Source: Deltaproteobacteria bacterium
GTDB lineage: Bacteria; Myxococcota_A; Polyangia; Polyangiales; Houyiibacteriaceae
Reading direction: 5' to 3'
NCBI GenBank assembly: GCA_034670305.1
Contig: JAXMNT010000001.1
Location: 306,970-370,969, forward strand
DNA length: 64,000 nt
Shown here: positions 49,661 to 59,701 of the stretch, in pieces
Layout: every line of letters starts with the position of its first letter
Numbering within the stretch: position 1 is the stretch's first letter
Made by a program: the position numbers and the translations under genes
Notes under the pieces: generated by a model
The model's database searches: none
The model's input: the letters and a program-made list of their open reading frames with translations, nothing else
What the model was told of the DNA's origin: nothing

Positions 49661-51259
49661 TCAGATTTCGTCGGCGGCCAGGCCCGGTTCGCCATCGTCG
49701 GCGTTGCCGGTTCCCGCACCGCCTGCGCCTCCGGTCCCGCGGGTGCACGCGAAGCCGAGCAGGGTGCTCGTGGCGCCCGGACCCTGAACGACGCACACCG
49801 AAGGTCCGCCGCCACCGCCGCCGCCGCCGCCGCCGTTGCGTCCGGCCGCACCGTCGCCTCCGCTGCCGCCAGCGCTGCCGCCACCGGACTCACCGCCGGC
49901 CGCCCCGGCCGTCCCATCGACGCCCTGTCCCGGTTCCCCGGCGTCGCCGCCCGCGGCCCCGTTGCGGGTCAAGATCTCGATCTCCATCGCGGTGACGTCC
50001 GCGCGCACGAGCACCAGTCCGAGCGAGCCGCCACCACCGGGCCCGCCGGGTCCGGCTTCGCCGCCGCATCCGCCGGCGCCGCCGCCGCCGCCGCCTGCGC
50101 CGCTGCCCCCGGGATCGGCGCCACCGCCGCCACCGCCGCCACCACTGCCGCCGGCCGAGCCATCGGTACCGGACGTGCCATCGGCGGGCAGGTAGCCGAG
50201 CTCACTGACGGAACCGAATTCGACACCGCCCACTCCGGGGGTGGGCTCGGGCCCTTGGACGCCGTCTCCACCGTCTTCGCCAGGGTCGGCGCTGCCGAAC
50301 GAGTTCATGCCCGCCGGGCCGCCGGTCGCACCAGCCGAACCCGGTTCGCCCGCCCTCGGCGCCGTGAAGTTGAAGCCGCCCCCACCGCCGCTGCCACCAG
50401 CGGCGTCGCAGGGGCTCGCACCTCCGCTGCCACCCGGCGCGGCGCTCGTCCGGAATCCCCCCCCATTGGTGCCCGGATCCGGGTCGCCGCCGGGTTCGCC
50501 GTCGGCGCCATTTGCGGCATCCGCGCCGGCACGCCCTGCCTGCGCCCGCAGGTCGACGTCGGTGATCACGACATCGGCGGCATCGTGCACGAGCATCGCG
50601 ATGCTGGTCGCGCCGGCTGTGCCGCTGCGTCCCGCGTCGATGCGGAACTTGTCGACCGTCGCTCCGTCGACGTGGATCGTCATGCCGATGGCTTCGGTGC
50701 CGTCGATGAACGACTGACACCCAGCGAAGTCCTGCATGCCGAAGCCGTCGCAGAAGCTCCCGCGCAGATGCACGCGGACGGCCACGTCGACCGATTCGGC
50801 GTAGGTGCCCTCCAGCACACACACACCGTCGCCCGGCGAGGCGACTTCGAGCGCTCGGGTGACCGAGCCGGCGGGGTCCCCCATCGTGCCGAGGCCGGCG
50901 TCGCGTCCGTCGGGCGTGACGTAGATCTGACACGGGCCGCTGTCCGGCATGAACGCGTCGGTTCCCGCGTCCGCCGGCGCGTCGGTGCCGCCGTCCATCG
51001 GCCCCGCGTCCTGCCCTGCGTCGAAGGGCGCGTCGAACGGCGCGTCGAACGGCGTGTCCGGCAGGAAAGCATCCCGCGACGCGTCCAGCGGGTCGACCGC
51101 GTCCACGTTGGCGTCGACCAGCAACACATCGGCCCTGGAGGCGTCCGAGGCGCCGACGTTGAGCCCCGTGCGATCCACCGCGCACCCGGTGCCGATTCCA
51201 GAGCCCGCTGCCATCGCGAAACAGCAGAGGACCCGCGTCCATCGTGTCACTCCCAACAC
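49661..51259 (-). CDS. Gly-rich (PGRS-like) surface lipoprotein with DUF1565-like domain
   Basis: GTGC lipobox; DA repeats; IYVTPDG.D...GT..P; long GGxGG tracts; start GTG 51259 or 51250. Confidence 0.75.
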   Translation of the reverse strand: MLGVTRWTRVLCCFAMAAGSGIGTGCAVDRTGLNVGASDASRADVLLVDANVDAVDPLDASRDAFLPDTPFDAPFDAPFDAGQDAGPMDGGTDAPADAGTDAFMPDSGPCQIYVTPDGRDAGLGTMGDPAGSVTRALEVASPGDGVCVLEGTYAESVDVAVRVHLRGSFCDGFGMQDFAGCQSFIDGTEAIGMTIHVDGATVDKFRIDAGRSGTAGATSIAMLVHDAADVVITDVDLRAQAGRAGADAANGADGEPGGDPDPGTNGGGFRTSAAPGGSGGASPCDAAGGSGGGGGFNFTAPRAGEPGSAGATGGPAGMNSFGSADPGEDGGDGVQGPEPTPGVGGVEFGSVSELGYLPADGTSGTDGSAGGSGGGGGGGGADPGGSGAGGGGGGAGGCGGEAGPGGPGGGGSLGLVLVRADVTAMEIEILTRNGAAGGDAGEPGQGVDGTAGAAGGESGGGSAGGSGGDGAAGRNGGGGGGGGGGPSVCVVQGPGATSTLLGFACTRGTGGAGGAGTGNADDGEPGLAADEI

Positions 51260-51297
51260 CTCTCCATGGTAGCAGCGCGGCCGGCCGAGCGGTTCTT

Positions 51298-52770
51298 TCA
51301 TCGAGGTGGCACCCGACGTTCGCAGGCCCTGAGCGCCTCGAAGGTCGACCAACCACTCGGATCGGCGGCCCGCAGCGCCCGCGCGACGGCCACCGCGTCG
51401 TGCGCTTCGATGAGCCGACGCAGCCGCGCCGTGCGTACGCGGGTCCGATCGAACTGCGCTCCTGCTTCGTTCAGGTCGTCGAGTGCGCGTCGGTGTGCTT
51501 GCGCCGGAAGCGAGTGTTCGAGCACCGCTTCGATGGCCGCCCCGTCTCGCCCGATCGTGGCTTCGAACTCGGGGTGGAAGGGATCGTCCAGCATGGGCCA
51601 GGACGTGAGCAGTTGGATGCGCAGCGTGTACCAAGCTTCGTCGACGGCTTCTTCGAGGGTTTCGATCGCGCCCTCTTCGTCCGCCAGCGCGATCTGCGCT
51701 TCAGCGTGGGTTCGGTGGGCTTCTTCTTCGGAACGGAGCGCCAGCTCCTGTTGCAACGCCTCGATGACCGCCGTCTCTTCGGGGAGCGCGGGTGTGTCGG
51801 ATTCGGCGAACGCTTCGATCTCGAGATCGAGCGCGACGTGTGCGAGCCAGCGTTCGGACGTCGTTGTCGGGACGTCGATGGAGCGACCCATGATGCGCGC
51901 GTAGGTGTGTGCATCGAGCAAGCCCACCTCGCCGTTGCGGTCGTAGTCGATCTCGAAGTGCCCGCTCTCGTCCGCCTCGAAGGCGTGGCCCCCGCGATCC
52001 TTGCCTCGCAACGCGGAAAGGAAATGGATCGAGTAGCTCTCCTGGGTCGCACGCTCGGGATTCGGATCGCACCCGGACGAGAGTTCGTCCCAGCTCGTCG
52101 CGAACACGCCGCAGCGAGGCACGTGGGTGGGGCCTCGTCGTGGGTCGCCCTCGAGGAACGCGAGTTCGGCGAACCCACCGCCGAAACACGACGTGACCAC
52201 GACCTGCGTCGGCCGCTCGTAGGCGTCCAACACCCGCGCCAGATCACGCACGCCGAGCAACGCGCCGCCCCACAACGTCAGCACGCTGTCTTCCGGGACC
52301 TCGCCCCCGTCGCCATGACCGCCAAAGTAGAGAAGCAGGGGATCGGTACCGCCGCCGATGCCGTCGAGCGCGCGAAGCGCCTCGTCCAGACTCGCAGGCG
52401 CCAGCGCGCGCGGGCCCGGCACGTAGGTGACCTCGCGATCGCGCGGATCGAAGAACCAGCCGAGCTTCGCGCGCAGCGTCTCGGGCCGCAACTGGGTGCG
52501 CTGCAAGAGCGCGCGGTCCCCGCCACCAAAGAGCAGGCCACCGCGGTGCCCGAGTGCTTCGCGCAACAGATCCGAGTCCTGCGCCAGTGAGATCGGCATC
52601 GCGCTCGGCTCGGTGCCACCGAAGATCGCGAGCCACGGCGCATCCGCATCCACGTCTTGGGGATCGGAGGGTTCGGGGAGTTCGGTCTGTGAGACTCCGG
52701 CCGCGACGATCCATACGAAGATCGGGACAGCGCCCAGGAAGAACGCAGCTAGCGGATACGACGCACGCAC
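51298..52770 (-). CDS. Caspase-like/C13 (clan CD) peptidase-domain protein
   Basis: LLLYFGGHG (His) and VVVTSCFGGG (Cys); EF-hand-like DYDRNGEV; N-terminal TM. Confidence 0.7.
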   Translation of the reverse strand: MRASYPLAAFFLGAVPIFVWIVAAGVSQTELPEPSDPQDVDADAPWLAIFGGTEPSAMPISLAQDSDLLREALGHRGGLLFGGGDRALLQRTQLRPETLRAKLGWFFDPRDREVTYVPGPRALAPASLDEALRALDGIGGGTDPLLLYFGGHGDGGEVPEDSVLTLWGGALLGVRDLARVLDAYERPTQVVVTSCFGGGFAELAFLEGDPRRGPTHVPRCGVFATSWDELSSGCDPNPERATQESYSIHFLSALRGKDRGGHAFEADESGHFEIDYDRNGEVGLLDAHTYARIMGRSIDVPTTTSERWLAHVALDLEIEAFAESDTPALPEETAVIEALQQELALRSEEEAHRTHAEAQIALADEEGAIETLEEAVDEAWYTLRIQLLTSWPMLDDPFHPEFEATIGRDGAAIEAVLEHSLPAQAHRRALDDLNEAGAQFDRTRVRTARLRRLIEAHDAVAVARALRAADPSGWSTFEALRACERRVPPR

Positions 52771-52782
52771 GGAGGCGTAGGG

Positions 52783-53523
52783 CTACTTCTTGCCGGAGGA
52801 CTTGTCGAGGTCGCCCGCGGCGCGGCTGCCTTCGGCCATGCGCAGGTACATCTGCGCGCTCTTGTGACCGGGGTCGTCTTCGAGCGCCTTCTTCCATTCG
52901 GCGATCGCTTTGTCGCTGTCGCCGCGCGCCAGCAGCACGACGCCGAGCGCCACGCGGGCGGGCACATATTGCGGCCGGTGAATGAGGGCTTCGGCGAGTT
53001 CGAACTTGGCCGCGTCGAGGTCGCCCTGCTGGCGGTACAGGTTGGCCAGGCGCATCCGCAGGTCCGCAAAGTGCGGGCACAGGAGCACCGCTTTGCGGAG
53101 CTCGTGCTGCGCTTCGCTCAAGAGGCCGCAGTCCGAATAGGCCTGCGCCGTCTCCGCGTGCAAGTTGGCGATCTTGCCCTTGGCGAACGGGTCGAGATCC
53201 CCCGGCTCGCCTTCCGGCCCGCCAATCGCTTGTGCGTAGATCGACTTCGCTTCGTCGTAGAGACCGAGGTCGTTGTACGTGACCGCCAGGTTCAGCGCGG
53301 CCTCGGTGTACTTCGGGTTGATCTCCAGCGCCTTCTCGAACGCCGTCCGAGCTTCCTCGAAGTTGCCGTGGTCGTGGTGAATGACCCCGAGCATGTTGTA
53401 GACGTCGGCGAAGGGCAGGCCGCGTTCCGCGATCTGTTCGAGGTAGTGCTCGGCCTTGTCGAACTCCCGCTTCTCGTAGTGCTCGCGTCCGAGGGCGAGG
53501 AGCTGCTTGGTTCGGTCATCCAT
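52783..53523 (-). CDS. TPR repeat protein
   Basis: Multiple canonical TPRs (FADVYNMLG, ALEINPKYTEA). Confidence 0.9.
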   Translation of the reverse strand: MDDRTKQLLALGREHYEKREFDKAEHYLEQIAERGLPFADVYNMLGVIHHDHGNFEEARTAFEKALEINPKYTEAALNLAVTYNDLGLYDEAKSIYAQAIGGPEGEPGDLDPFAKGKIANLHAETAQAYSDCGLLSEAQHELRKAVLLCPHFADLRMRLANLYRQQGDLDAAKFELAEALIHRPQYVPARVALGVVLLARGDSDKAIAEWKKALEDDPGHKSAQMYLRMAEGSRAAGDLDKSSGKK

Positions 53524-53618
53524 GGAAGACGTCGAGCATAGGCCGCGCGCCCCAAGACCAGCAAGAAGCCGGACCCCTCGGGTTGAAGGAACCTAAGTGT
53601 TTGAGATACACTAAGTGC

Positions 53619-54083
53619 ATGCAGGTCCTCTGTCCGCCCCACGCTTTCGCTGATCTCCCGCGCCCATGGGTGTTCCTCGCCGGGAGCATCGATCAGGGCC
53701 AGGCGGTCGACTGGCAGTCCGAGGTCGCGTCCGCACTCGAGGACCGGCCCGGTACCCTGCTCAACCCTCGGCGCCCCGACTGGGATGCATCGTGGAAGCA
53801 GTCTGCCGACGACCCGCAGTTCAGAGCGCAGGTGGCGTGGGAGCTGGACGCACTGGAGCAGGCCGACCTGATCGCAATGTACTTCGCGCCGACGTCGAAG
53901 GCCCCGATCTCACTGCTCGAGCTCGGCCTGTTCGCGCGGCCGGGCGACCGCCGCGGGGCGATCGTGGTGGCATGCCCAGAGGGCTACTGGCGCAAGGGCA
54001 ACGTCGACATCGTCTGCGAGCGCTACAGCGCCCAACGAGTCGACGACCTGGCGGGCCTCATCGCAGCGCTTCGCAATCGGTAG
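53619..54083 (+). CDS. Nucleoside 2-deoxyribosyltransferase-like protein
   Basis: VFLAGSI, WQ, NPRR, QV.WE, PISLLELG, RKGNV. Confidence 0.85.
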   Translation: MQVLCPPHAFADLPRPWVFLAGSIDQGQAVDWQSEVASALEDRPGTLLNPRRPDWDASWKQSADDPQFRAQVAWELDALEQADLIAMYFAPTSKAPISLLELGLFARPGDRRGAIVVACPEGYWRKGNVDIVCERYSAQRVDDLAGLIAALRNR

Positions 54084-54194
54084 CTCACCCGCCACGAACG
54101 CGAACGCTACGCCCCGGCGGACCTGTCCCCGCTGCGGATCCTCGAGCCGCTCGAAGCCGACGGGGTCGAGATCTACCTGTTCCGGTAGTGGCAG

Positions 54195-55658
54195 CTACGA
54201 AACACACTGGAGCGCGGTGAGCATCCAGTCGGCCAGCACAGTCGGTGACGGCAGCTTTGGGAGCGTCACCGAGAGCGAGATCGACTCACCGGCCCGGGCG
54301 AAGCGCACGTCCCGCGCACTTTCCGTCTCGCGCGCCGCCGCGACGAGCGCATCGTCTTCGGTCCGGGCATCGCGCCGCCGCAGCCAGCGCGCGAGCCGCA
54401 CCATCGTCGACGCGGGGATCGGTACCCCACCGCCCCCGCGGGTCCCGACCAGACCGACACGCCAGCGCCGGCCGTCGTGGTTGAGGCGCAGTCTCACTTC
54501 GACTTCGCCGCGCACCAGACTCAGCTCGGTCCCCGATCCATGCATCTCGAGGATCTCGTTCTGCTCTCGGTAACCGCGGTCGCGCCCATGTCGAAGTCGG
54601 CGAGCGACCCGGTCGAGCCACGCCCTGGCTTCTTCCCCACGGTGGAGTGCGGTCGGTTCGGCTTTGTCCTCTGCACCTGCCGTCACGTCGCTGACGGTCG
54701 TGAACTGGATCGGTTCGGGCGGACGCACGTCGGGTTCGGCGATTGAGAACGCAGCGGAGCCAAGCGCGTGGCGCAGCGTGTAGCGGACCAGAGAGGGCGC
54801 ATCGTCCGAGGCAGACGCAGGTCGCGTGGAGGGCCGCGCCTGGAGCTTGGGACCCTCGGGCCGCGAGACCGGATGCAGTTCGGCGCCTCCATCGATGCGG
54901 GCCCAGACCGAACCATCCACCGAGACGAGGTCGTCGATGCGGCCGTGGCTGCGGTCTTCGTGGATCGGGTGTCCATTGTCGCGTCGGTACACGCGCACCT
55001 TCCACGGGTTGGCGGCCCACACCGTCTCGTCGTGCAAGCACAACGCAAGGACCGCTTCGGACTGCTCCCAGACCCTGCCGTCCCCTGCGACCGCGAACCC
55101 GAACGTCGCGCTGGTCGCGTAGACGACGCCCTCGGGGTCACCGACGATTCGGTCTGCCCCGACCGCGTTGAGCGCGGGGCCGATCACGATCGAGTGCGGA
55201 CCATCGTCGTCGCGCGGATCCTTCACCCGATGGAGTTTGCCGTCGCGACACATCCAGCCACCGGTGGCGTCGAGCGTGGCGCAGCGAACGTCCGCATCCT
55301 GCGCACCACCGATGGGCGGCAGGTCCAACTGCCAGGCGACGTACGCACCATCGTCGGTGACCAGTCGAAGGCTGTCTTCGGAGTCGAACGACAGCGCCCG
55401 AACGATGCGGTCGTCGGTGGCGAGTTCGTGGGTCTGCCGACCCGTCTCGAGCGACCACACCCGCAGCGAACCTTCCGCGCCCGCGGTGGCCAGCTGGTCC
55501 CCCGATGGCGAAAAGCCGCCTGCGGTGAGATCGCCCCAGTGCCCGACCAGCCGGAACCGCAACTCGCCGCGGACGAGATCCCAGACGTGCACGTCGTGGT
55601 CGACGTACGCGCTGGCAAGCCATCGCGTGTGTCCGAACAGTCGCCGCCGCCCCCGCAT
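54195..55658 (-). CDS. WD40 repeat-containing protein
   Basis: VHVWD, LVGH..FSPSGDQLATAG..LRVWS. Confidence 0.75.
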   Translation of the reverse strand: MRGRRRLFGHTRWLASAYVDHDVHVWDLVRGELRFRLVGHWGDLTAGGFSPSGDQLATAGAEGSLRVWSLETGRQTHELATDDRIVRALSFDSEDSLRLVTDDGAYVAWQLDLPPIGGAQDADVRCATLDATGGWMCRDGKLHRVKDPRDDDGPHSIVIGPALNAVGADRIVGDPEGVVYATSATFGFAVAGDGRVWEQSEAVLALCLHDETVWAANPWKVRVYRRDNGHPIHEDRSHGRIDDLVSVDGSVWARIDGGAELHPVSRPEGPKLQARPSTRPASASDDAPSLVRYTLRHALGSAAFSIAEPDVRPPEPIQFTTVSDVTAGAEDKAEPTALHRGEEARAWLDRVARRLRHGRDRGYREQNEILEMHGSGTELSLVRGEVEVRLRLNHDGRRWRVGLVGTRGGGGVPIPASTMVRLARWLRRRDARTEDDALVAAARETESARDVRFARAGESISLSVTLPKLPSPTVLADWMLTALQCVS

Positions 55659-55740
55659 CGTCCGCAGGGTACGTCGACCCGCGCAGCGGGTGTATGGGGT
55701 CTCGTCCCCAGAGTGGGACCGACTGACGTATCCTTCAGCC

Positions 55741-58281
55741 GTGCACCGCGACTCCAAGCGCCGCTTTCCGCTCACTCGAATCGCTGGCCCGATCCTGGTC
55801 CTGCTCGCGGTCGGCGGCTGCCAGGGGGAGATCTCTGACGGCGACGGCACCGACGCCGGCCCGCGTCCCGACACCGGCATGGTGATGCGCGACGCGGAGC
55901 TGCCGCCGACCTGCGGAGAAGCCGGCGTCGCGATCCTCTTCTTCGAACGCACCTGCGCGGGCTGTCATCAGGGCAGCCGGGCGTTCCCCGATCTGACCCG
56001 CACCGGCTTGCCGCTGCTCGAGTCGCTCGAGAGCCGCAGATTGCCCGGCGAGCCTTTGCTGGTGGCGGGCGACCCCGAAGCGAGTTTTCTCTACCGCAAG
56101 ATGGCGCACATGCAGGGCGCCGAGGGGGGCGCCGGCATGCCGCTCGGGCGTGCGTCGCCGGTGGACGAGCTCTCGATGATCGCAGACTGGATCCGAGACG
56201 GTGCGCCGACGACGTGCGACGACCTGCGTCCGCCGGACGTGCCCTACGATCCGAACGCGCTCGATCCGGAGCTGCTCTTCTCGTGTCCTGATCCGGACGC
56301 CGCCCGCAGCTCGATCTCGAGACTGCGCCGCGTCGAACGCGCCGAGTTCACGCAGATCGCGATGAACGGCTACAACCTCAACGCGCGGGTCCAGAACAAC
56401 CCGCTCGCTGCGCCCGAAGGCCTCGCGTACTCGACCTACACCTCCGGTGTGGGCATGGATCCGGCGACCCTGAGTCTGCTCATGCTCCACTTGCCGGAGG
56501 CGACGATCGCGTGGAGCACCGGTGACCCAGCCGGCGTCGGTGGCGCGCGCATGAACGGCATCTACCGGACGAGCACGGTCGCGTGTCTTTCGGACACCGA
56601 GCCCACCGACGAGTGCATCGACGGCTACGTCGACGTGCTGCTGACCCGCGGCGTGCTGTTCCGAACGCCGCGCACCGACGAACGCGCGCGGGTGCGCCAG
56701 TACCTCGTCGACCGGCTGGCCGACGAAGAAGCCGGTGGCCGAACCCGGCAAGAGACCGTGCACGAGGTCGCGCAGGCCGCGATGTTGATGGCCGGCGCGC
56801 TCTTCCGTTCCGAGATGGGCGCGTTCGATCCGGACCCCACCGCGCCGCGCCCGCTCTCCGCGGAAGAGCTCGCGTTGGCGCTCGGCAGCGTGCTCTCCAC
56901 CACCCCACCACAACTTCCGATCCGTGCCGACCACGGCTTCGAGCTCGCGCCCGAAGATCCCGACATCGACGCGCCCGAACTCGGCCGGCTGCATGGTCTC
57001 GCAGAGGCCGCGGCGGACGGAACCATCCTCGACCCCGCGGTGCGCGTCGCGCTCTTCCGCCGATACGCCGGCGGCATCTCCACCGGTCGCCCGGACTTGC
57101 GGCTCGATCGGAGGCCGCCCGACTCGATCGACAACCGCGGCGAGTTCTGGCTTGCCCCGAGGCTGATGGGTTTCTTCCGGGAATGGTTCGACTACGCGGA
57201 GGCGGCGACGCTCTTCAAAGATCATCCGGCCGAGACGAGCGCGTTCCCGAGCGACGGCGGCCAGTACGACACGGCCGTCATCGGCTACAGCAACCTGCAG
57301 ACCAGCGGCAACGGCAGCGAGTCGACCTTCATCGATCAGCTCGACGATCTGATCGCGCGCGTCGTGTGGGAGTCCGATGCGTCCGGCGAGGACGTCTTCG
57401 AGAACCTCTTCACGACGCGCATGTACCGCGTGCCGTCCAACGTCGCGCTCATCACCGACACGCCCTGCACCGATCGCGCCGAGTGCAGCGGTACCGAAGT
57501 CTGCGCGGACCCGCCGGGCCGCTGCGCGAGCAACATCTACCGCAGCTCCTACGGCATGGCCTGGCCGTACGGCATCGCCGAAGAAGTGCGCGACACCCCC
57601 GAAGCGCGCTGGCGTGTGATGCCGGACAACGAACGACGCGGCGTGCTCACCCACCCCGCGTGGCTCGCCGCGCACGCGGGCAACTTCGAAGACGACGCGA
57701 ACCCAATCCTGCGCGGCAAGTGGCTTCGCACCGAGGTCTTTTGTCAAAGCTTCGGCGACCTCGCCGACGTGCAAGGGTTGCAAGCCATGCTGGTCGAGAG
57801 CGCGCCCGAACTCTCCGCACGCGACCGGGTGTCGATGAGCACCGAGCCGGGCGAAGGGCACTCCGAGAACGCGGGCACGTGCTTCGGGTGCCACCAGTAC
57901 ATGAACTCGCTCGGCTACCCGTTCGAGCTGTTCAACCACGCTGGCTACCTGCGCGCCGAAGACCACGGCGGCGCGCCGGATGGCAGCACCGTCGTCGACA
58001 ACCTGCCGGACCCGACGCTCAACCGCGCGTACGCGAACCCGTTCGAGTTCCTCGAAGCGGTCGGTCGATCGAGCTACGCACGCCGCGGCATGATCCGCCA
58101 CGCGTTCCGCTACTTCATGGGACGCGACGAACAACTCGAAGACCAGTGCACGCTCGCGGAGATGGAAGCCGCGCTCGAGTCGACCGGTTCGTTCCTCTCC
58201 ATGGTCGAAGCGCTCATCGTGAGCGACACGTTCAGCCACCGCCGCGTGCAAGACGCCGCAGAAGGGGAGGGCGGATCGTGA
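55741..58281 (+). CDS. DUF1592/DUF1588-family lipoprotein with N-terminal c-type cytochrome domain
   Basis: VGGC lipobox; CAGCH..GDPEAS.L..K..MP..WI.DGA; RRGVLTHPAWL, PILRG, CFGCH, FRYFMGR. Confidence 0.83.
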   Translation: MHRDSKRRFPLTRIAGPILVLLAVGGCQGEISDGDGTDAGPRPDTGMVMRDAELPPTCGEAGVAILFFERTCAGCHQGSRAFPDLTRTGLPLLESLESRRLPGEPLLVAGDPEASFLYRKMAHMQGAEGGAGMPLGRASPVDELSMIADWIRDGAPTTCDDLRPPDVPYDPNALDPELLFSCPDPDAARSSISRLRRVERAEFTQIAMNGYNLNARVQNNPLAAPEGLAYSTYTSGVGMDPATLSLLMLHLPEATIAWSTGDPAGVGGARMNGIYRTSTVACLSDTEPTDECIDGYVDVLLTRGVLFRTPRTDERARVRQYLVDRLADEEAGGRTRQETVHEVAQAAMLMAGALFRSEMGAFDPDPTAPRPLSAEELALALGSVLSTTPPQLPIRADHGFELAPEDPDIDAPELGRLHGLAEAAADGTILDPAVRVALFRRYAGGISTGRPDLRLDRRPPDSIDNRGEFWLAPRLMGFFREWFDYAEAATLFKDHPAETSAFPSDGGQYDTAVIGYSNLQTSGNGSESTFIDQLDDLIARVVWESDASGEDVFENLFTTRMYRVPSNVALITDTPCTDRAECSGTEVCADPPGRCASNIYRSSYGMAWPYGIAEEVRDTPEARWRVMPDNERRGVLTHPAWLAAHAGNFEDDANPILRGKWLRTEVFCQSFGDLADVQGLQAMLVESAPELSARDRVSMSTEPGEGHSENAGTCFGCHQYMNSLGYPFELFNHAGYLRAEDHGGAPDGSTVVDNLPDPTLNRAYANPFEFLEAVGRSSYARRGMIRHAFRYFMGRDEQLEDQCTLAEMEAALESTGSFLSMVEALIVSDTFSHRRVQDAAEGEGGS

Positions 58282-59681
58282 GCCGCTCGAGACGCAACCT
58301 ATCGAGACGCAACTTCGTCCGCGGCGCGCTGCTCGGCGGCGGGGCCGCGCTCGTGATGCCGTGGGGCAAACAGGTCGCGCGCGCCGGCGAGGGCAGCTGC
58401 CGTTTCCTCTTCATCGTGGAAGGCAACTGCTACGAGCCCATCACCGTGCTCAGCGACATGGCACGCGCCGCCTTGAACGACACGCTCGACTCACCGCTGA
58501 CCACCGAACGCTGGTGGCACAACCGCTACCGCCACGACGCGCCCATCGTCCTGCCGACCCCGGACCTCGCGTCGGCCCGTTCGCTCGGTGCGCTCGCCGA
58601 CCACGGCCTCGTCGATCAGACGACCGTGCTGCTCGGTCTCTCTTCTCGCATCATCGGCGGTGGACACTCCGGCTACCACGGCGCGTTGAGTTCCACCCGG
58701 ACCATCGGCGGCCTCCCGGCCGGTGTGACCATCGACGCGCACCTCGCGGCGCTCGACTCCGTGCGTGGCGAGACCCCGTTCGATGCGGTGCGGCTGGGGG
58801 TGGGCAGCCGACCGCTCGACTTCGGCACGTGCGCGTACGCCCGCGGTCGCTCGGCACCGATGATTCTGGATCCCGTCGCGGCCTACAACTTCATCTACGG
58901 CGCGTTCGGCGGACCGGAGGCGCGTGCGTCGTTCGAAGCCCGTGACCGCATGCTCCGGTTCGCGCAGGCCGACGTACGCGCCGCCCGCGAGACGCTGTTT
59001 CTGGGCGCCGAAGAAGCCGGCAAACTCGGCACCCACGACAGCTCGATCGCGGCGTTGCTCGAGACCCAGGACCGCCTGCTCTCCATGGACGTCACCGCGC
59101 CGCCGCCACCGGCCGGCGGACTCGATTCGATCGCCTGGTTCGGCGCGCAACTCGACCTCGCCGCAGGTGCCTTGATGGACGGGCTCACCAACGTCGCGGT
59201 GGTCGGCTCAGGCACGGGGGGGGCGTTTGGTCTGACCTACTCGACGGTCTCGTCGACCGACCGACACAACATGCATCACGAGTCGGGTGGCAGCGCCGCG
59301 ATGCGGGACGCCGTGCACGATGTGACCGCGGCCCAGGTCGGAGAAATCGGGCGCGTCGTGCGCCGCCTCGCCGACACCCCGGACCCGAGCGGCGGCACCA
59401 TGCTCGACCACACCGTCGTCGTCTGGATCGGAGACAACGGCGAGCAGCACCACTCCACCGCGAGCGATTTCCCAGTGGTGATGTTTGGCGGCACTTCGCT
59501 CGGACTTCAGGGCGGGGGCCGGACGATCCTCTACCCCGGCACCAGTGGCGCGGCTCACCGGCAGGTGAGCAACCTGTGGAACACGATGGGCTACCTCGCG
59601 GGTCAGACGCTGGATGACTTCGGCGCCGAAGAAGGCGACCTGCGCACAGCCTTCGGTCCGCTCCCCGAACTGCTGGGCTGA
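58278..59681 (+). CDS. DUF1552 (HXXSHH) family protein, Tat-exported
   Basis: SRRNFVRG Tat motif; HNMHH; GTMLDHTVVVW..GEQHH; GTGA overlap. Confidence 0.83.
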   Translation: MSRSRRNLSRRNFVRGALLGGGAALVMPWGKQVARAGEGSCRFLFIVEGNCYEPITVLSDMARAALNDTLDSPLTTERWWHNRYRHDAPIVLPTPDLASARSLGALADHGLVDQTTVLLGLSSRIIGGGHSGYHGALSSTRTIGGLPAGVTIDAHLAALDSVRGETPFDAVRLGVGSRPLDFGTCAYARGRSAPMILDPVAAYNFIYGAFGGPEARASFEARDRMLRFAQADVRAARETLFLGAEEAGKLGTHDSSIAALLETQDRLLSMDVTAPPPPAGGLDSIAWFGAQLDLAAGALMDGLTNVAVVGSGTGGAFGLTYSTVSSTDRHNMHHESGGSAAMRDAVHDVTAAQVGEIGRVVRRLADTPDPSGGTMLDHTVVVWIGDNGEQHHSTASDFPVVMFGGTSLGLQGGGRTILYPGTSGAAHRQVSNLWNTMGYLAGQTLDDFGAEEGDLRTAFGPLPELLG

Positions 59682-59701
59682 CGCCCGGTGATCTCCGCCG
59701 G

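Noticed and set aside
49661-51259. Mycobacterial PE_PGRS gene acquired by transfer
   Set aside because: No PE domain; Gly-rich lipoproteins of this style are common in myxobacteria.
48230-51904. Very long ORFs such as 48230..51904(+), 5312..7759(+), 19624..22257(-) and 40984..43467(+)
   Set aside because: Antisense shadows of well-supported genes in high-GC DNA, with no recognisable motifs.
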